Shown piece by piece: positions 1 to 9,363 of a stretch of 32,000 bases of DNA. The position numbers and the translations under genes are program-made. The notes below the pieces were generated by a model. It was not told where the DNA came from, searched no databases, and saw nothing but the letters and a program-made list of their open reading frames with translations. The DNA is from Acaryochloris marina S15 (GTDB lineage: Bacteria; Cyanobacteriota; Cyanobacteriia; Thermosynechococcales; Thermosynechococcaceae), in NCBI RefSeq assembly GCF_018336915.1, contig NZ_CP064923.1, positions 1,230,001 through 1,262,000 of the forward strand. The letters run 5' to 3'. Numbering within the stretch: the first letter of the stretch is position 1; each line of letters starts with the position of its first letter.

Positions 1-196
1 ATAGCCAACTTCCATAGGCTTGCGAGGGGGTAAAAGCGCAGGTGCGCCGCCTAAATCAACGTCTCCAGGATTTTATCAGGCCGGGGGATATTTCCTCTGC
101 CCAGAAATGCTAAAGCCCATCCGAATATTTAGTCACCTTTTCAGGCCACACGCTATGGTTTAATCATCAACAAATCATTGCACTCAGGAACGATAT

Positions 197-1786
197 ATGG
201 ATGCAGCCGCCCTTTGGCAACGTTATCAAGACTGGCTCTACTACCACGAGCAGCTTGGTATCTATGTAGACATCAGCCGCATGAGTTTTGATGATGCGTT
301 CGTCGAACGCTTGGAGCCTAAGTTTGTCAAGGCTTTCAAGGAAATGGATGCCCTGGAAGCGGGTGCGATCGCAAATCCTGACGAAAATCGCATGGTCGGC
401 CATTATTGGCTCCGGGACTCCAATCTTGCCCCCACCCCCGAATTAAAAAAAGAAATTGTTACCACATTAGAAAAGATTGAAGCCTTTGCCGCAGATGTCC
501 ATGCGGGACGAATCAAGCCCGCAACTGCCCCCCGCTTTACGGATGTAATTTCCATTGGTATTGGGGGATCTTCTCTAGGCCCCCAGTTTGTGTCCCAGGC
601 ATTGGCGGTCCTCCATCCTGCCTTGGTGATGCATTTTATTGATAACACCGATCCAGCGGGCATCGATTACATCTTGGATACGGTCCAAGATCGCTTGGAT
701 ACCACCCTGGTCGTCACCATTTCTAAGTCTGGCGGCACGCCTGAAACTCGGAATGGCATGTTAGAGGTGAAGAACCGCTTCAAGAACCTGGGATTAGATT
801 TTCCTCAACATGCGGTCGCAGTCACGGGCTATGGCAGTAAACTCGCTCAAATTGCCGAAAGTGAAGGCTGGTTAGCAATGCTCCCCATGCATGATTGGGT
901 GGGGGGAAGAACCTCTGAGCTTTCCGCTGTTGGTTTGGTTCCCGCCTCCTTACAAGGCATTGCCATTCGAGAGATGTTGGCAGGGGCCAAAGCCATGGAC
1001 GAGGCCACCCGAGTCCATGATCTAAAAACCAATCCCGCCGCCTTGTTAGCATTATCTTGGTATTTTTCCGGGGAAGGTGAAGGCAAAAAAGACATGGTGA
1101 TTTTGCCTTACAAAGACAGTCTGATGTTGTTTAGCCGTTATCTCCAGCAGCTGGTGATGGAGTCCTTAGGCAAAGAAAAAGATCTCGACAACAAGATTGT
1201 TCACCAAGGCATTGCCGTCTATGGCAACAAAGGATCAACGGATCAACATGCCTATGTCCAAGAACTGCGGGAAGGGATTCCCAACTTCTTTCTCACCTTT
1301 TTTGAAGTCTTAAAAGATCGAGACGGTGATCGGTTTGAAGTAGAGCCAGGTGTGACCTCGGGAGATTATTTATCTGGATTCCTGTTAGGAACCCGAACTG
1401 CTCTCTACGAGAAGCGTCGTGACTCCATTACCGTTACTCTACCGGAAGTGACTTCTAAACATGTGGGTGCTTTGATTGCTCTATATGAGCGGGCCGTGGG
1501 TCTTTATGCGTCCTTAATTAATGTCAATGCTTATCACCAACCCGGTGTAGAAGCAGGCAAGAAAGCCGCAACGGACACCATCGCTTTGCAGAATACAGTC
1601 GTGCAAATCCTCAGAAGTACATTAACGCCATTACCCATCACCAGTCTGGCTGAGAAAGCAGACGCCCCTGACAAAATAGAGACCATCTATAAAATTGTCC
1701 GACATCTCGCCGCCAATAACCGGGGGGTCGAGCTATATGGTGATCCGGCTGAGCCAGGGGGACTCCAGGTAACTCTGAAAGGCTAG
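197..1786 (+). CDS. pgi: glucose-6-phosphate isomerase
   Basis: 529-aa ORF with PGI hallmark motifs: [39 protein letters not shown] and [12 protein letters not shown]. Size is typical of cyanobacterial Pgi. Confidence 0.95.
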   Translation: MDAAALWQRYQDWLYYHEQLGIYVDISRMSFDDAFVERLEPKFVKAFKEMDALEAGAIANPDENRMVGHYWLRDSNLAPTPELKKEIVTTLEKIEAFAADVHAGRIKPATAPRFTDVISIGIGGSSLGPQFVSQALAVLHPALVMHFIDNTDPAGIDYILDTVQDRLDTTLVVTISKSGGTPETRNGMLEVKNRFKNLGLDFPQHAVAVTGYGSKLAQIAESEGWLAMLPMHDWVGGRTSELSAVGLVPASLQGIAIREMLAGAKAMDEATRVHDLKTNPAALLALSWYFSGEGEGKKDMVILPYKDSLMLFSRYLQQLVMESLGKEKDLDNKIVHQGIAVYGNKGSTDQHAYVQELREGIPNFFLTFFEVLKDRDGDRFEVEPGVTSGDYLSGFLLGTRTALYEKRRDSITVTLPEVTSKHVGALIALYERAVGLYASLINVNAYHQPGVEAGKKAATDTIALQNTVVQILRSTLTPLPITSLAEKADAPDKIETIYKIVRHLAANNRGVELYGDPAEPGGLQVTLKG

Positions 1787-1811
1787 TGAGCCATACATAA
1801 TCCAAGTATCA

Positions 1812-1842
1812 ACGGGCCTCTGAATCAAGGGGCTCGTTTTTT
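1812..1842 (+). terminator. rho-independent terminator downstream of pgi
   Basis: ACGGGCCTC (1812-1820) pairs with GGGGCTCGT (1829-1837), including 2 G-U pairs. The loop is 8 nt and a TTTTTT run follows. Confidence 0.6.
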
Positions 1843-1967
1843 GTGACAGATTGAAGATCCGGATCATAGGAAAATTAGGGTGAGTTTCAGAGCAGATGTT
1901 CATTAACCGGAGGGAAATTCCCATACTAAGTCTATGAACCCTATGCCCTTGCATTTAGATCTAAACG

Positions 1968-2870
1968 ATGACTTCTGCTCCTACGCCCCAATTGATTATT
2001 ACGGGTGAGATTCCCCAACAAATTGATCTCACCCGTCAAAAAACTTGGACGTTAGGACGGAGTTCCATCAATGCGATTGTGCTGGCGGAAGGAGCAGTCT
2101 CTCGGCATCATGCCAAGCTAGAAGTTGTAGATAACCGGCATTGCTACTTTGTAGATCTCAATAGCAGCAATGGCTCTCAAATCAATCAGAAACGTGCTAA
2201 CGAGCCCTTACTTCTCAAGCATGGGGATGTGATTACCATCGGATCCACTGATATCCGATTTCATTTGCCCTATGTTACCCACTCAGGGTCTACGGTGCCG
2301 TTTCGCCCCAAGCAGGTGTTGATGATGCAGGAGTCGGCAATTCAAGGGATTATTTGGCAGGAAATCCTCTGTTCTCAAGGATTTGATGTGCATTGGCTGC
2401 CCCCTGCTGCAGACTTACAACAGCGCATGAACCTAGATGCGGCTGCCAATGTTCTGCCTGATTTACTGCTGGTGGATATCGAAGCTTATAAAGGGGATGC
2501 CCTAGGGTTGTGTTCTTGGTGTCAGGATACTTACCCCCAGCTGCCCTTATTTTTGACTCTCAGTACCGTCGCTTCTGCTGCCATTGTGGAAACGAATGTA
2601 ACTCTGCCCACAGGAACTGGGAAAATATTGCCTGCGTTTCCTTGCGATCAGCTGTCCCTGAAAATCGGCACATTTGTGCAATCTCTACAGTCCCTCTTAA
2701 ATGGCATGGGGGGCTGCACCTTGAATCAGCAAGATCTGATGGCTGCCCTTGCCAACTTGGATCAGATTCTCAGTCGTTCCAGCGTTTCTCCTGGGGCTGC
2801 TCCGACCTTTGATAATGATCTGGATGAATTTACGATTCTAGACAACAAGAAAAAACCCAAAGCCAGCTAA
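1968..2870 (+). CDS. FHA-domain protein with a C-terminal receiver-like domain
   Basis: The N-terminus has an FHA signature (WTLGRS...VSRHHAKLE...FVDLNSSNGSQIN...GDVITIG). Residues ~115-200 resemble a CheY-like fold (VLMMQES...PDLLLVDIEAY...LFLTLS) but lack the usual DD pair. Confidence 0.75.
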   Translation: MTSAPTPQLIITGEIPQQIDLTRQKTWTLGRSSINAIVLAEGAVSRHHAKLEVVDNRHCYFVDLNSSNGSQINQKRANEPLLLKHGDVITIGSTDIRFHLPYVTHSGSTVPFRPKQVLMMQESAIQGIIWQEILCSQGFDVHWLPPAADLQQRMNLDAAANVLPDLLLVDIEAYKGDALGLCSWCQDTYPQLPLFLTLSTVASAAIVETNVTLPTGTGKILPAFPCDQLSLKIGTFVQSLQSLLNGMGGCTLNQQDLMAALANLDQILSRSSVSPGAAPTFDNDLDEFTILDNKKKPKAS

Positions 2871-2894
2871 CGTTGAGTCGGCAATGTCTACCTC

Positions 2895-3794
2895 TCAAGT
2901 GCCGATGGATTGGATCAGGCCCAACATCATCGGTAAGGTGATCAGGCTTAACAAGGTGGACCCAATAATGGTGCGAGCGACACGAGAGGGATCTCCTCCA
3001 AACTCATTCACCCAAATCAGAGTGTTGACGGCAGTGGGCATAGCGCTTTGGAGCACTAAAACTTTTAAATCCAAGGGGGCGAGTTGCAAAATAGTCCCAA
3101 TTCCTAGGGCGATCAGGGGAGCCATGATCAACCGTAAACTAGCTGCTAGAAGCTCATACTTGCCTAACCTTAAGGGGGTTTGGGCCAGCTGCATCCCTAA
3201 AGTCACAAGGGCAATGGGAATTGCTGCATTCCCCAGCATGGCAACTCCTTCATCTAGGCGAAACGGTAGCTGAAACCCAGATAGCTGAAGCAGCAAGCCT
3301 GCGAGCATGGCCCAAAATAGCGGTAATTTTAGGGTTAAAGCGATGCCTGCTCGAATCCCTGACGTATTCAGTAGGGCTGGCCCAACGCCTGCCATCAAAA
3401 TGGAGGCGGCAATTAAATAAATAATGGCCCGTTCTAACCCTGCTGCCCCCAAGGTAAAAGAGACCATGGGCAAACCCAGATTGCCAGCATTGCCAAAAAG
3501 GGTGGTGGCGAGCAGACTCATCTTGGTCGGGGTTGGAAGGTTTAACCCTCGACTGAGGAGCAGGACAATCACCGCCAGGGTAACCGTTGTCAGGAGATAC
3601 CCAGCAATCAACCCTGTCGCACTCTGGAGGGAGAGGGTGTTGCGATAGAGACTACTGGCAATGAGGGCTGGGACCAAAATATAGATGGCCAGATGCGATA
3701 AGGTTTGGTAGTCCAGCTTTAGGGTTTTGCCTGCTATATAGCCAATGCAGATAATCAGGCTGACTGGCAGGATGGCAGGGAGTAAGGCGGTCAT
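2895..3794 (-). CDS. AEC (auxin efflux carrier) family transporter
   Basis: 299-aa polytopic membrane protein. It has an AEC-like N-terminus (LPVSLIICIGYIAGK) and the FGNAGNLGLPM motif. Confidence 0.85.
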   Translation of the reverse strand: MTALLPAILPVSLIICIGYIAGKTLKLDYQTLSHLAIYILVPALIASSLYRNTLSLQSATGLIAGYLLTTVTLAVIVLLLSRGLNLPTPTKMSLLATTLFGNAGNLGLPMVSFTLGAAGLERAIIYLIAASILMAGVGPALLNTSGIRAGIALTLKLPLFWAMLAGLLLQLSGFQLPFRLDEGVAMLGNAAIPIALVTLGMQLAQTPLRLGKYELLAASLRLIMAPLIALGIGTILQLAPLDLKVLVLQSAMPTAVNTLIWVNEFGGDPSRVARTIIGSTLLSLITLPMMLGLIQSIGT

Positions 3795-3863
3795 CGCAGC
3801 TCTTGATAAGCGGGTAAAGTCATCCTAGGTTGGATTTACTGGAGAGTCACTAGGATCGTTGAT

Positions 3864-4283
3864 ATGCCTAAGCCACCAGCCCCACCGTATCGTCACTATC
3901 GCCAGGCTTTGGCCGTGAGTATGGCGGTGATTGTGCCGTTGGGATTGGGTATCAAGTTTTATCAGGGACCGGGGCAGTCCTGGCTGAATGATACGTTTGG
4001 CGGCGTCCCCTATGAGATTTTCTTTGTTTTGCTGGCGGCTTATATTTGGCCTGCAGTATCGCCGGGGAGAATTGCGATCGCAGTGTGTCTCGCCACCTGT
4101 GGATTAGAATTCCTGCAGCTGTGGCAACCGGCTTGGCTCCAGGCGATCCGAGGGACCTTACCTGGACGGCTGGTGTTGGGCAATACCTTTAGCTGGACAG
4201 ACTTTCCTTACTATTTCATCGGCAGTGGGTTGGGATGGCTAGGGCTGCGAGGGTTAAAGCGAAGGACATTACGCACCTATTAA
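3864..4283 (+). CDS. DUF2809-like small membrane protein
   Basis: 139 aa with 3-4 predicted TM helices. The pattern KFYQGPG..W.N...GGV.YEIFF...LEFLQLW...FSWTDFPYY matches my recollection of DUF2809. Confidence 0.6.
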   Translation: MPKPPAPPYRHYRQALAVSMAVIVPLGLGIKFYQGPGQSWLNDTFGGVPYEIFFVLLAAYIWPAVSPGRIAIAVCLATCGLEFLQLWQPAWLQAIRGTLPGRLVLGNTFSWTDFPYYFIGSGLGWLGLRGLKRRTLRTY

Positions 4284-4406
4284 TTCCTTGATTAATTTTA
4301 GGTGTGAAAAGAAGGTCGATCAACGCCTGATAAATCAGCCGTGGTAAATTGTCAGATGCGCGTGCGCCCTAGAGCAAGACCCAATGCCGACAGCAGGAGT
4401 AGAGCC

Positions 4407-5165
4407 ATGTTAATGATCATCTCCCCCTCGAAAACTCAAAACTTTGATCCACCACCTGCAATCGACTATACGGTGCCGACTCAGGCTGCCCAAACCCAAA
4501 TTTTGGCCAAACAACTGCGACAATATAGCCCGGAAGACTTGGGCAAGTTGATGAAAATTAGCCCTAAACTGTCTGATCTTAACTGGCAGCGCTACCAAGA
4601 CTTTCAGGACTCCTTTACCCAAGAAAATGCCAAGCAAGCCCTCTTGGCTTTTAGGGGCGACGTCTATAACGGTATTGAGGTCGAGACCTACTCCCAGGAT
4701 GATTTTGCTTTCGCCCAGGCCCATCTCCGTATTCTGTCGGGGTTGTACGGTCTCCTCAAGCCCCTGGATTTGATCCAGCCCTATCGGTTGGAGATGGGAA
4801 CTAAACTCCAGACGGACAAGGGCAAGACCCTCTATGACTTTTGGGGGGCTCAAATTACAGATGCACTCAATACCGATTTAGACGCCCATACGCCCCTGAT
4901 TAACCTGGCATCGGGGGAGTATTTCAAGGCCGTCCAGCCTCAGCAGCTCAAGGGGAAAGTGCTCAATATTGCCTTTAAGGAAAATAAGAATGGCACCTAT
5001 AAGGTGATTGGGATTCACGCTAAGCGCGCCCGAGGGTTGATGGTGAACTATGCCATCCACAACCGCATTGCTGAACCTGAGGGTTTACAAGGGTTTGATG
5101 TAGAACGATATCAGTTCAATCCCAGTCTTTCACAAGAAACCGAATGGGTCTTTTGCCGGGGTTAG
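4407..5165 (+). CDS. yaaA: peroxide stress protein YaaA (UPF0246)
   Basis: The family N-terminus MLMIISPSKTQ begins at the ATG at 4407. The track's GTG start at 4341 adds 22 Arg-rich residues with no family counterpart. Confidence 0.85.
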   Translation: MLMIISPSKTQNFDPPPAIDYTVPTQAAQTQILAKQLRQYSPEDLGKLMKISPKLSDLNWQRYQDFQDSFTQENAKQALLAFRGDVYNGIEVETYSQDDFAFAQAHLRILSGLYGLLKPLDLIQPYRLEMGTKLQTDKGKTLYDFWGAQITDALNTDLDAHTPLINLASGEYFKAVQPQQLKGKVLNIAFKENKNGTYKVIGIHAKRARGLMVNYAIHNRIAEPEGLQGFDVERYQFNPSLSQETEWVFCRG

Positions 5166-5166
5166 G

Positions 5167-5802
5167 TTGACTGTGCTGTCTTCTTTACAGACTTTTGTTG
5201 CTCAACAACTTGGGTATCCCTCTGGTATCTGGGGGCGACTGCTGTTGCGATTCCTCAATAGAGGAAATGCGGGTATGCATCAGTTGGCTTTTGAGCAATT
5301 GGCGATGCGTCAAGGCGATCGCATCCTAGAAATCGGGTTTGGTGGGGGCAGTCTGCTGGCTCAGATCTTACAAACGGGCCTGCCAGAAACGGTTGTGGGA
5401 ATTGACTATGCAGAAGATGCGTTGAAAGTCGCGCAGACAAAATTACGACAATATATGCGGTCAGGCCAACTCACCCTACAGCAAGGGAATGCCGATCATC
5501 TTCCTTTCCCTGACCAGCAGTTTGATTACATTTGTACGGTCAATACCCTCTACTTTTGGCCGGATGCCCTAGCGGTGTTTCAAGAGTGTTACCGCACGCT
5601 GAGGCCGGAAGGAAAATTAGTGATTTGCTACAACACCCAAACGTTTCTGGAAGAACAAGGTTTAATCCAGCAAGGATTTAAAGGGTATGAGGTAGACGCT
5701 GTGGAAAACTTATTAGGCCAAACGGGTTTTCAATCAATACGAACCATGTCTGGAGAAGATGCTAGCAATGGGAAATATTATTGCACCTGTGGAAAACGGT
5801 GA
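5167..5802 (+). CDS. class I SAM-dependent methyltransferase
   Basis: Motif I is ILEIGFGGGSLL and the post-I acidic residue lies in VVGIDYAE. The TTG start sits 1 nt after the yaaA stop, so an operon is likely. The exact start is uncertain. Confidence 0.8.
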   Translation: MTVLSSLQTFVAQQLGYPSGIWGRLLLRFLNRGNAGMHQLAFEQLAMRQGDRILEIGFGGGSLLAQILQTGLPETVVGIDYAEDALKVAQTKLRQYMRSGQLTLQQGNADHLPFPDQQFDYICTVNTLYFWPDALAVFQECYRTLRPEGKLVICYNTQTFLEEQGLIQQGFKGYEVDAVENLLGQTGFQSIRTMSGEDASNGKYYCTCGKR

Positions 5803-5810
5803 TATTTCAC

Positions 5811-6383
5811 CTAGGCCCACACCGTAAATACATAGACAAAATACGCCCCATATAAGCAGCCAACGGTCCCTAGCGCAATGCGACCTTTTAGAGATTTATA
5901 GTGGCGAAACAGGATGGTGCAACTGATGACAACGGCTAGAATTTCGAGACGGGTGACGGTGCCCCCATGATGATCCGGATCCCAATAGGAAATAGGACTT
6001 TCAAATCGCCAATTAGAAAACGGAAAGAAGTGGCGATGGCCATCATCATGATGCAGGGGCAAATCCCCTAGGGCGTGTAAACCCATACTGGCAAATAACA
6101 ACATGCCGACTTGGGAGCTAGCCCATAACGCAAGCAAAAAGCCAAAGGCCATGATTGGCAGTGAATTAAAGACATCAATAAAGTTCTGCCAATGGGTTTG
6201 ATAGTAGGCCTGTCGCCAAATATATTGCTCAGAACTGCCCCGTAGTACTTTCTCCACAAAGTAGAACACAAACATCGGGGCATCAGGCAATATACCGCCA
6301 ATGGCAACAGAGGTAACTAACTTTGCTGATCGGTTTCGGCCTAAGCACAGCAGGTTAAGCAGAATATGGGCAGGGGTATTCAT
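5811..6383 (-). CDS. putative membrane-bound metal-dependent hydrolase-like protein
   Basis: 190 aa and hydrophobic, with a His-rich cluster (HALGDLPLHHDDGHRH, DPDHHG). Family assignment is tentative. Confidence 0.5.
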   Translation of the reverse strand: MNTPAHILLNLLCLGRNRSAKLVTSVAIGGILPDAPMFVFYFVEKVLRGSSEQYIWRQAYYQTHWQNFIDVFNSLPIMAFGFLLALWASSQVGMLLFASMGLHALGDLPLHHDDGHRHFFPFSNWRFESPISYWDPDHHGGTVTRLEILAVVISCTILFRHYKSLKGRIALGTVGCLYGAYFVYVFTVWA

Positions 6384-7341
6384 CGGCTGAGATTAAGCGA
6401 GTCTTAAGGGTTCAGGTTAAGCCAAAAAAATGCTGAGGAATATCATAGCCTAACGTTTCTGCGAAAATTCTAAGTAAGACTGTGCAATCACAATCAACTT
6501 TAGAGTAGTGCATCGTTCTCTATACCCCAATCGTCAATCTTCTTTGCCACTCCGTCTGCCCCCCTCGAAGTTCAATACGATGTTGTAATGACCGATCAGA
6601 CAACGGTGGAGCAGCCTCCCAGAATATCAGCTTACACGTCGGCTTCACAGCGACAAGAGGCAGCCCAATTCCTAGATCCACTGAGTGTCCATCAGCTACT
6701 GGACGAGATTGCAGAGCAACATCAAATCTTAAAAGCAAAGCTGAAAAAGTGAGTGAAAGACGTTCGTTTTGATCTAATTTTCCAGCTAGTTTGAAGAATG
6801 ATTTGAGCTGAAATCCATGGAGATTTTCCTTGAAGAATAGGCTAAAAATATTGTTATTTGTACGTCATAAAATCAGCAGAGATCCTGCAATGACTGTGCA
6901 ATCTTATTCTTCAATGTAGCTGTCGCTATAATTGACTTAAGCTAGTCTTAGCTGCTACAGATAATGACTTTTTAATAGGATTTTATATACAGATTGCGAA
7001 GCGTATAGATCTGTAAAAACGAGACGGTCTAGCTTCCATGTTGAGAAATCTTATTATGCCCTTGAATACCTCTATTAGTGGCACGCAAAATTTAGCTGAA
7101 ATCATTCTATATAGAGGGTTGGACAACTTGGCTGGGCAAGAAAAATGTTAACAGGCGATCTAGACAGCTGTGTTCATGATTTCAACCCGTCTCATTTGGA
7201 TCTACAATGCCTCCATCCCTAAAGTATCGAAGCCTTCAATGGTTTTCGGTGAGGGATTAGTGACTATGATAATTCAGATTTAATTACCGATTTCTCGAAT
7301 CCAATCGATGACAAGAGAGCCATTCTCTTTCGTTGGCTTGG

Positions 7342-7372
7342 TCACCTCAGTTTGTCTGAGGTGAATTTTTTG
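7342..7372 (+). terminator. strong orphan rho-independent terminator or attenuator
   Basis: Perfect 9-bp stem TCACCTCAG / CTGAGGTGA with a 5-nt loop, followed by ATTTTTTG. No ORF of 60 aa or more lies upstream on this strand. Confidence 0.6.
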
Positions 7373-7417
7373 CTTCCCTTAATTTTTATCTATTCTCAAT
7401 AAGACAAGGAGAAATTT

Positions 7418-7525
7418 ATGCCTGTTTCAAAAGATGGAGTATTGGTTCTTGGTGCTGTAATTGGGGCTGCTTCTCTGATTGCCTATGCGGTGTACAGCGT
7501 CATGGCAGCACAAGCTAGCTTTTAA
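7418..7525 (+). CDS. 35-aa single-TM mini-protein (unannotated, below the ORF-track cutoff)
   Basis: Sequence MPVSKDGVLVLGAVIGAASLIAYAVYSVMAAQASF. An AAGGAG Shine-Dalgarno sequence lies 7 nt upstream of the ATG and the ORF has its own terminator downstream. Confidence 0.5.
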   Translation: MPVSKDGVLVLGAVIGAASLIAYAVYSVMAAQASF

Positions 7526-7542
7526 TCTCAGTCAAGAGTTAT

Positions 7543-7580
7543 AACTCCCTTCTCGTAGAATCTTGAAGGGAGTTTTTTTG
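7543..7580 (+). terminator. rho-independent terminator of the mini-ORF
   Basis: AACTCCCTTC (7543-7552) pairs with GAAGGGAGTT (7565-7574), followed by a T7 run. Confidence 0.7.
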
Positions 7581-7764
7581 TCTTGTTACCCCATACCCAT
7601 CAGTGCCTTTTTGGCGATAACCCTACACCGATGGATTGGCCTGCTGATTTGACGGCTGGGGTGAGTGATATGTTGCTACCGCTTTCCTACTTGTGGAACA
7701 AGTTGAATCTTAGACTTCGAGTCCTCATTGCATTTGCACTCTTTACCGATGAACTGTGAATGGT

Positions 7765-8214
7765 TTAGTCCGTGCCGCCCCATGTCCAGCGAGGATTGCC
7801 TTGGCGGAGGCCACTTTTGATGATTTGAGTTGTAAATCCGTTTACATCTCGCATCCCCGTCATATCTAAGATGACTTTGGCTTTGCCTTGGAACAGTTGT
7901 AATCGAATAAAAGAAGGGCCGGTATGCTCTTTGCCATCGATTTTGAGCATGCCAGCAGTCCCTTCGCAGTTGCGATATTGGGGCTTAAGGGTACCAATCC
8001 AAGTAGCGCTGTAAGGTTCCTTGGGAGCTAGGGTGATATTGGTTGCGATCGCACTTAAATTCACCATGCCATCCGTTGCATATCCCCCTTCTTGATAAGG
8101 CTGCCTAGTTTGGTAAGCAATCACTGTCTTCGGACAGCCTTGCTCTGGGCCATTGATAGGGAAGACCTGCAGTTCAATCGTTTCAGCTGCAGCAGCTCTA
8201 GACATCATCAAACT
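7765..8214 (-). pseudogene. 3-prime portion of a secreted hypothetical protein gene interrupted by the IS
   Basis: The 148-aa ORF begins MMSRAAAAE, which is the end of a signal peptide. Its reading frame continues without a stop through the target duplication into 9125-9163 once the IS is removed in silico. Confidence 0.7.
8207..8214. repeat. left copy of the target-site duplication ATCAAACT
   Basis: Identical 8-mer at 9117-9124, directly abutting both IS ends. It could be 9 bp if the boundary shifts by one base. Confidence 0.8.
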
Positions 8215-9116
8215 GGTCGTGCATCAAACAATTGTGGGGTAGGTGAGTATGTCATCCCAATGCCAAGCTCGCGAGGCTAGATCAGCACGTTGTGCCGCCG
8301 TTGTTTTAAGCCGACTGTGTGTCCAAATCCAATTGAAATAGCTGACCACTAATCGAGCAGTGACTTTGGTTTGCGCCCACACTTTGCCAAATTTGTTCTG
8401 GCGTCGATGCCATCGACCACTGTGCTGTCGAATAATGCCATTGGTGCGTTCGAGTCGTTGAGTTCTGTCCTTGCCAATGTAATGGTCAATCTCCCAAGGC
8501 AACACTCTTTCGTACCCCCCCAATCGTCGCTATTCCAGTCCTTGCAATCGGTCTTACCTTCAGTGCTAGTCACCAGTTCATTCAATAATGAATCGGTGTG
8601 CTTGCCCACACGACACGAGAGGATCACGCCGCTTGTGTTTGCCAAGGTAATCGCCATCCAACAATCACCCATCTCTAGCTCATAGGGAAGACAGTGTTTT
8701 TGCTTTTTTTCACAAAGGACCACATTTCATCTGCACTGACATCCTCCGTTTCAACGGCTTGCACTTGGCCATTATGGAGTTGCTGAGATCGTTGGCTAGC
8801 AGCTCTTACTAGAGAGACTACAGTGTTGTAAGCCAGGCCACTGGTCCGAGTGATACCTCGAAGACTACTCCCTTCTGCATGGGCTTGGAGAACTTGTCGG
8901 ACCTGCTCTGGACTCACCTGACGACGATAGTAAAGGGTATCAAAGCGTTCAGTAAAGGTCTGCTGGCACTCAGGACAACGGTATCGTTGAAGCATGTTGG
9001 GCATCTTGCCATGCTTGTGTGCTTTGGAATGACCGCATAGTGGGCATTGCATGGGTAGGTTAGAAGCTGAGCTGAGCCTCTAGTATACTCAACCCACAAT
9101 TACTTGAGGCACGACC
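8215..9116 (-). mobile_element. IS1-family insertion sequence, 902 bp
   Basis: Terminal inverted repeats: GGTCGTGCATCAAACAATTGTGGG on the left and GGTCGTGCCTCAAGTAATTGTGGG as the reverse complement of the right end (21 of 24 identical). The element is flanked by an 8-bp direct repeat and encodes InsA/InsB-like ORFs. Confidence 0.85.
8224..9052 (-). CDS. IS1-family transposase split into three ORFs
   Basis: The N-terminus has a zinc finger (CPLCGH...CPECQ) plus an HTH. DDE-type motifs are DEMWSFV, NSDDWGGYERV and TQRLERTNGIIRQ. A -1 frame change occurs at an A7 run (8704-8710) and a second -1 change at a G7 run (8515-8521). Confidence 0.8.
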
Positions 9117-9124
9117 ATCAAACT
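9117..9124. repeat. right copy of the target-site duplication ATCAAACT
   Basis: See 8207-8214. Confidence 0.8.
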
Positions 9125-9163
9125 AATGGGAAGTGCCAATAATAGAGACAAACATCGTTTCAT
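9125..9163 (-). pseudogene. 5-prime fragment (signal-peptide start) of the IS-interrupted gene
   Basis: The ATG at 9163 encodes MKRCLSLLLALPI. Joined through one TSD copy, it reads MKRCLSLLLALPISLMMSRAAAAETIE, a canonical Sec signal peptide. Confidence 0.65.
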
Positions 9164-9363
9164 CTTTAAACCTCAGATTCACTTGCCCCTTGGGGCATCT
9201 ATTTCTATGAAAGTGGGTGTAATGAGGAAACGACAAGGATTTGCCATAGAACTTGACCCTTAACTGGTTTCTGAAACTGCCTGAATTTATGGCAGGTGGG
9301 CACAAACTATTGAAAACAATCGGATTAGAACTCTGGCCCACCTGTAAATTTTTCTGGGTTTTC

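Noticed and set aside
2884-3273. 129-aa plus-strand ORF and the 3221-3648 ORFs opposite the AEC transporter
   Set aside because: They lie fully inside the AEC transporter gene on the other strand. The transporter has clear family motifs and these do not.
4341-4406. GTG-initiated 22-aa extension of yaaA
   Set aside because: The YaaA family N-terminus (MLxIISPSK) starts at the ATG at 4407, and the extension is Arg-rich with no counterpart.
6478-6489. 12-bp repeat GACTGTGCAATC, also at 6892-6903
   Set aside because: The length is within chance expectation for this window and no flanking similarity extends the match.
7150-7372. Possible riboswitch upstream of the mini-ORF (glutamine glnA-type or downstream-peptide motif)
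   Set aside because: I could not find the conserved cores of those motifs or a convincing anti-terminator complementary to the 7342-7350 arm. Only the terminator itself is supported.
7714-7726. 13-bp exact repeat ACTTCGAGTCCTC, also at 31167-31179
   Set aside because: Several 13-mer coincidences are expected by chance in 32 kb counting both strands. The two copies share no common context.
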